IMG/VR virus record: IMGVR_UViG_3300005965_000002
Location: 1 to 64,000 of that record
Strand: one strand, 5' to 3'
DNA: 64,000 nucleotides
The notes under the pieces: model-generated
Databases searched by the model: none
The model's input: only the letters and a program-made list of their open reading frames with translations
What the model was told of the DNA's origin: nothing
Shown: positions 59,593 through 64,000 of the stretch, piece by piece
How the letters are laid out: the number at the start of each line of letters is the position of its first letter
How positions within the stretch are numbered: position 1 is the stretch's first letter
Translations under genes and position numbers: made by a program

Positions 59593-59784
59593 AAAAAAAA
59601 CCCTGTCAGTTTTAGTCCTGACAGGGTTTTATTCGACTTATGCAATAGATACCCCATCAGGACATTATAGTACCCTCGCCTTCTCCTTCTCTTCCTTCTA
59701 TCCTGATGGTAGTCGTAGCAATCATAATTTTTCCTTAAATTGGTTCGTTATCTTTAATATACCAATTAACGACCGAAAATTCAA
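59593..59784 (-). promoter_or_regulatory. attenuator 5: promoter TTGAAT-N17-TATATT, leader ORF 59725-59657, terminator 59630-59593 (boxA-like at 59450-59439)
   Basis: Leader MIATTTIRIEGREGEGEGTIMS; GTCCTGATGGGGT pairs over 13 bp with ACCCTGTCAGGAC. Confidence 0.9.
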
Positions 59785-59787
59785 ATA

Positions 59788-60210
59788 CTAAATTACAACT
59801 CTACCATTTTCCCAATAACCAAGTTTTCCCACGACATCAAAAGGCTCTATTTGGGAAAAATTTAAATGCTTAGTATCGACAGCTTTACCCCCGGCCCCTA
59901 AAGACATAGTTATATGAGGAGTAGCCGGGTTTCTATAGAGATCCTTTAATGATATTTTCTCACCACCAGCTACAAGTATTATGTTTGGTATTTTTACCTC
60001 AAACCCGTGATTTTTATCGTTACTACCCTCACCAACAACTTTTATAGGAATTTCTTTTCCTATTAGTTCTTTCGGTAGCTTATCTTCTTTATTGGGGTTG
60101 AAGTTAAAAGTTACATGCAAATCCTCTATAGGTTTATCAAGGGATGTGCTTACTTTATCCCGTAGCAGGTCGTCAAAAGGACCTTCGAAAAATACGCCTG
60201 AGTAGTACAT
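59788..60210 (-). CDS. 2H phosphoesterase-like protein
   Basis: Two HxT motifs (LHVT, PHIT). Confidence 0.65.
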   Translation of the reverse strand: MYYSGVFFEGPFDDLLRDKVSTSLDKPIEDLHVTFNFNPNKEDKLPKELIGKEIPIKVVGEGSNDKNHGFEVKIPNIILVAGGEKISLKDLYRNPATPHITMSLGAGGKAVDTKHLNFSQIEPFDVVGKLGYWENGRVVI

Positions 60211-60212
60211 GC

Positions 60213-61124
60213 TTATCCTTTAATAAAAGAGTAATCTACTTGTTTTGAAAGTTCTTCACCTATTTGTTGGTATTCGGACAAGTATCTAATCTTATCCATT
60301 CCATCGAATTTCTTTTCTTTACCGCTAAACGTATATTGCAGTCGCTGGAAAGAAAAGTTTTCAGAGGTTTCTGTTAGCTGCTGCAGCCAGCACACCTGAG
60401 TGTCGGCAGCAACCACCCGGGCGAGCCCGCCATTTTTTGGATTTAAGTAATAGCTTACTTGTCGAATATTTTTGTAATTTTTAGCTTTATTAAATGGTAT
60501 GCTGTAATCGGTTTTTCCGCATCCTAATGAAATAACGTGCGCGGGTGTGTCTCCCGTCCACCCTTGCCTCAAGATTTCAACATAGCTTTCAACAAGAGGG
60601 CAATTATTATTGCTCGTACCCCCATCCAGCCATACAGCACTATTATCTTTATCCACTATAGAGCCAAAATATAAAGGGGCTGCAAAAGATCGAGCTACTG
60701 TATCCAGGGCAGGAAGACTGCCGTCTGCTTGCTCCCAGGATTTGAAGAAGTGCGTCCTCCCCGTTACCATGTCTACTGATGTGAACATAAATTTAGATTT
60801 AGCATCAGCCAGAAACTTCCCACCTAAGTAAGGGGCCAATTTCTTCTTCGCAGTTCTCATGCTATATTTAGGCTGAATAATAGGTATTCGGATTCTGGGT
60901 TTGAAAATGACTTTTACATCTTCAAGAAACTCTTCTAAGGCCTGTTCTGCTGATTTATCCCCTATCAAGATAGAGGATCCTATAATACTACCTACTGAGG
61001 TACTAACTACTAAATCAGCCCATTCATGGAGAGGCTTACCTATTTCTTTTTCCATGTTCTTTAGGATCGTAAGAGGGATTACGCCTTTAGCTCCTCCACC
61101 ATCTATCTCAATGACGACTCTCAT
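60213..61124 (-). CDS. patatin-like phospholipase
   Basis: IDGGGAKG, STSVG, SFAAPLYF, LDGG..NN.P. Confidence 0.88.
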   Translation of the reverse strand: MRVVIEIDGGGAKGVIPLTILKNMEKEIGKPLHEWADLVVSTSVGSIIGSSILIGDKSAEQALEEFLEDVKVIFKPRIRIPIIQPKYSMRTAKKKLAPYLGGKFLADAKSKFMFTSVDMVTGRTHFFKSWEQADGSLPALDTVARSFAAPLYFGSIVDKDNSAVWLDGGTSNNNCPLVESYVEILRQGWTGDTPAHVISLGCGKTDYSIPFNKAKNYKNIRQVSYYLNPKNGGLARVVAADTQVCWLQQLTETSENFSFQRLQYTFSGKEKKFDGMDKIRYLSEYQQIGEELSKQVDYSFIKG

Positions 61125-61522
61125 ATTAAACTCCTCTTTATTCTAATTAATCTATATCCCAGTTTTCGTCACTTCCACATTTTGGGCATGACGCGCATTT
61201 GGCATTATAATCTTTTTTAAAGCTTTTTTGTGTCCACCATTTTTGAGTAAATAGTCTGACAAAATGTCTTCTTATTTCCCACCACATTATACGCCAAGAA
61301 AATATATGGTTACTCTTAAAACCGTTTTCTTTCGCCCACTGAGAATCATACTTAATAAACCGAGGGCGTGCGTATTCAGCTATATCTTCTAGGACTAATG
61401 ATAGGGGATTGTGCCCTAAGGGCCTCCGCGACCACTGCCAAAAACGTAGTAGTCCTTGCCATTTCCATGACCAAAAATCGTCTTGACTCCAAGAACATTT
61501 ATGGCAATGTAGATATGACATA

Positions 61523-61972
61523 TCAATTCCCCTCAATTCGGATATTAAATGTTTTTTCTATCTTTTCAGTAAGATCTTTAAAGAAAGCATCTCCAGGAAC
61601 AAAATGTACAAAAGGAGTAGTAAAATGCTCTAGGTATTTCATTGAATCATCAATATGCAGATCTATATTTTCTTTGTCACAGTAGTGGCCCTTTGTTTTA
61701 TTCCACGTACCTTCATCCATCCAGGGCGTTCCCTTTTCATCGTACCATATGTTTGTGCCCTGTTTTGTGTGGTGGTCCACTATTGAAAAAAAATGAGTAT
61801 AGCCTTTTAATAGGCCACACTCATAATTAAGTTTATAATAAATCTCTTCAGAATACTTAGCACCGGTTATAATATGTACCTGGTGACCAGCATTAATCAA
61901 AGTTTTTGTTATGGGCTGAAAAAATTTAGGGTATGCTTCAACAACACCGTGAAAATCTAATCCAAGCTTCAT
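61523..61972 (-). CDS. HAD-superfamily-like protein
   Basis: LGLDFHGV, IITG, HIDDS. Confidence 0.65.
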   Translation of the reverse strand: MKLGLDFHGVVEAYPKFFQPITKTLINAGHQVHIITGAKYSEEIYYKLNYECGLLKGYTHFFSIVDHHTKQGTNIWYDEKGTPWMDEGTWNKTKGHYCDKENIDLHIDDSMKYLEHFTTPFVHFVPGDAFFKDLTEKIEKTFNIRIEGN

Positions 61973-61975
61973 CTT

Positions 61976-64000
61976 TTAACCTTGCCATTTTTGAACTATA
62001 GGTATCCTTCGACCGATACCGAAAGCTTTTTCGTGTATCTTTAAGGTTATAGGTGCCTGATTTCTTTTAAATTCGTTTCTTCTAACCATACGACCAATCT
62101 GGTGGTAGTCGCTTGCACTCATTTGATTTTGTACCCGCAGTATCTCTGCCCAGTCTTCCCTATATGCTTCTCTTCCTTCAATAAATACCTTTAGTCTCGC
62201 ATCTAGAAGAGGATAAGGGGGCAAATTATCAGTATCCTCCTGTCCGGGAGCTAGCTCAGCGGAAGGAGCCTTATTAATGATAGACTCCGGTATTAATTCT
62301 TTATTATGAAATTCATTATAGTACCTGGCAAGCTCATAGACTTCCATCTTATAAAGATCACTTAAAGGGGCCAGGCCCCCATTCATGTCCCCGTATATTG
62401 TGCAATTATGCGTTTTTACGCCATTTACTGTGTATTCATGGTCTTTTTCTACTGTGAAATCGAACATTTCAACTTCTGTTTCCACAGTTTCTAATTTTTT
62501 AATAGCGGCGTAGTATGTCTTACTCTTAATTCTATCTTCCAAAGCAACCGTGATATCACTTTTATTTTTAATTGTATCAAGAAATTTTTTAAGAATACTT
62601 CTTCCAATCCACTTACTATTTTTATTTAAGTGCCTTCGAATAGTCCCATTTACCTTCCAATGTGTGTTGTCCTTGATGTGTGATAATTCACAGTGTGTTA
62701 TAGGAACAACATCATAGCTGGTTTTTATTTTTTTTGTGTTTTTTGTGTTATTATATAGTCTATTAGCTATACTTTTCTTCAGGATTTTAAAATTTAACAA
62801 TTTTTCTGATTCTATTGCCGGTATATACACTTCGTGTAAGTTTTTCCTGGACCTAATATAGGAAACTACCCCCAAATTCAACAAAATTAGATGTAACTTT
62901 TCTACTAATTTATAGCTAACACTATGGTATAGGATTTCTGACGTATTTTTGTTACCGTTGCTAGTACTATCTAAAAAAACACCTTCAATGAAAGGTTTTA
63001 CAAGATTTAGCGGGGCTCTCATAATGCACGCCGGTACATCTTTATTATGGGAACCATGTTCAATTCCTAAATGTCTTAAAAAACTGTTAAACTGAACACT
63101 ACATATTTCTATAAAAAAGCAACCTCTTTGGTCTTTTTTTGTAACTTTATACGAGCTTTCTTTTAGCCTTATGCTCTTAAAAAACATTACACAGAAATCA
63201 GAAACATACTTTTTAGAAGTACGTATTCTATAGATACTATCATTTATCCCGGAATAAGAGCCGTCAGCAACACAGATACCTATAAATTTAGATAGATTTT
63301 CATTCAAGTGAGATGGAAAATTAATATCTTGGGATATATAGTCAAATTCTTTTTTTTTGTAAGAAAACGTTATGTCGGTACTTCTGCCCCATATGTTTTC
63401 ACCAAAACTTACTATAGACATGTCTCCTACTTTTAGATTTTTAGCCTCTATAAATTCTTCTTTTCCATTTTTGTGTATCTTTATTTTGTGGTCTTCCGAT
63501 ATCTTTATTATATCCCCAAGTATGTTAGTAATTTTGATAAATCTATTTTTAACATTCCTAAATGAGTGCGTAACAGGCATGTCCTTGATAGAATAGGAAT
63601 TTTTTTCGTCAAAAACGCTACGAGCGCTAATTATGCCATTATCCGTAAATATGTAACTATCTCCATGGACACAATAACCCACGGACATCTCACTTTTGTT
63701 TCCTGTGGAAACTAGTAGATACCCAAATTGGTTAGAAAAAGCCATCAAAAGGAGCCCTCTTATACGGGCTTGCATGTTTTGCCTAGTCAAATCTGCGTCT
63801 GGAAGGTCGCCGACAGCGAAAAGAAAATCAGTGAAAACTTTTTCAAATATCCCTTTGATAGGTAGATTCTTTAGCTCTACTCCCAAGTTACTGCATAGCT
63901 TCTCAGAGTCCGTCACACTTCCTATACTAGAATACTCTGATGGCATTGTTACCGCAAAAACTTTGTCCGGACCAATAGCATCAGCGGCCATAGCTATTGC
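61976..64000 (-). CDS. nadE: NAD+ synthetase (5' end outside window) containing an intein
   Basis: MPS.YS, NMQARIRG, TGNKSE..VGY|CTIYGD, DLYK, KAPSAEL..GQ.D, EFKR.QAP. Confidence 0.92.
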   Translation of the reverse strand, partial: AIAMAADAIGPDKVFAVTMPSEYSSIGSVTDSEKLCSNLGVELKNLPIKGIFEKVFTDFLFAVGDLPDADLTRQNMQARIRGLLLMAFSNQFGYLLVSTGNKSEMSVGYCVHGDSYIFTDNGIISARSVFDEKNSYSIKDMPVTHSFRNVKNRFIKITNILGDIIKISEDHKIKIHKNGKEEFIEAKNLKVGDMSIVSFGENIWGRSTDITFSYKKKEFDYISQDINFPSHLNENLSKFIGICVADGSYSGINDSIYRIRTSKKYVSDFCVMFFKSIRLKESSYKVTKKDQRGCFFIEICSVQFNSFLRHLGIEHGSHNKDVPACIMRAPLNLVKPFIEGVFLDSTSNGNKNTSEILYHSVSYKLVEKLHLILLNLGVVSYIRSRKNLHEVYIPAIESEKLLNFKILKKSIANRLYNNTKNTKKIKTSYDVVPITHCELSHIKDNTHWKVNGTIRRHLNKNSKWIGRSILKKFLDTIKNKSDITVALEDRIKSKTYYAAIKKLETVETEVEMFDFTVEKDHEYTVNGVKTHNCTIYGDMNGGLAPLSDLYKMEVYELARYYNEFHNKELIPESIINKAPSAELAPGQEDTDNLPPYPLLDARLKVFIEGREAYREDWAEILRVQNQMSASDYHQIGRMVRRNEFKRNQAPITLKIHEKAFGIGRRIPIVQKWQG
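62405..63673 (-). mobile_element. 423-aa intein with LAGLIDADG endonuclease in NadE
   Basis: Starts CVHGDS, ends FDFTV..DHEY.VNG..THN followed by Cys; IGICVADG and FIEGVFLDS blocks. Confidence 0.93.

Noticed and set aside
14475-59784. T-box riboswitch explanation for the terminators
   Set aside because: No T-box consensus (TGGNACCGCG) or stem I was found; translated leaders explain the structures better.
1-64000. Genome-wide TAG recoding
   Set aside because: Long genes are intact in code 11, and TAG terminates many ORFs at sensible positions.

Overview
AT-rich, gene-dense 64 kb segment of a large (jumbo-type) phage genome, with almost everything on the minus strand. It carries 38 canonical-looking tRNA genes, including two tRNA-Leu genes split by endonuclease-bearing group I introns, a putative amber suppressor and a chimeric tRNA-Phe. 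There are also several tRNA-like or other structured small RNAs. Coding genes include translation and host-takeover functions (bS21, HPr, two sigma factors, CCA-adding enzyme, Pth2-like hydrolase, ClpS, TopA), counter-defence and nucleotide enzymes (alarmone hydrolase, NADAR, Acb2/Tad1-like, 2H phosphoesterase, Prs, intein-containing NadE), many glycosyl/methyl/sulfotransferases, HNH endonucleases and a captured EcoRI-like R-M/IS fragment. Main discovery: the tRNAs fall into five blocks. Each block is headed by the same unannotated cassette: sigma70-type promoter, short leader ORF, antiterminator and intrinsic terminator, usually followed by a boxA-like site. The leader codons match the anticodons of that block's tRNAs at isoacceptor level. 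This points to ribosome-mediated attenuators that would switch on specific phage tRNA sets when the matching host tRNAs are depleted. All calls were made by eye with no database searches, so family assignments rest on recognised motifs.
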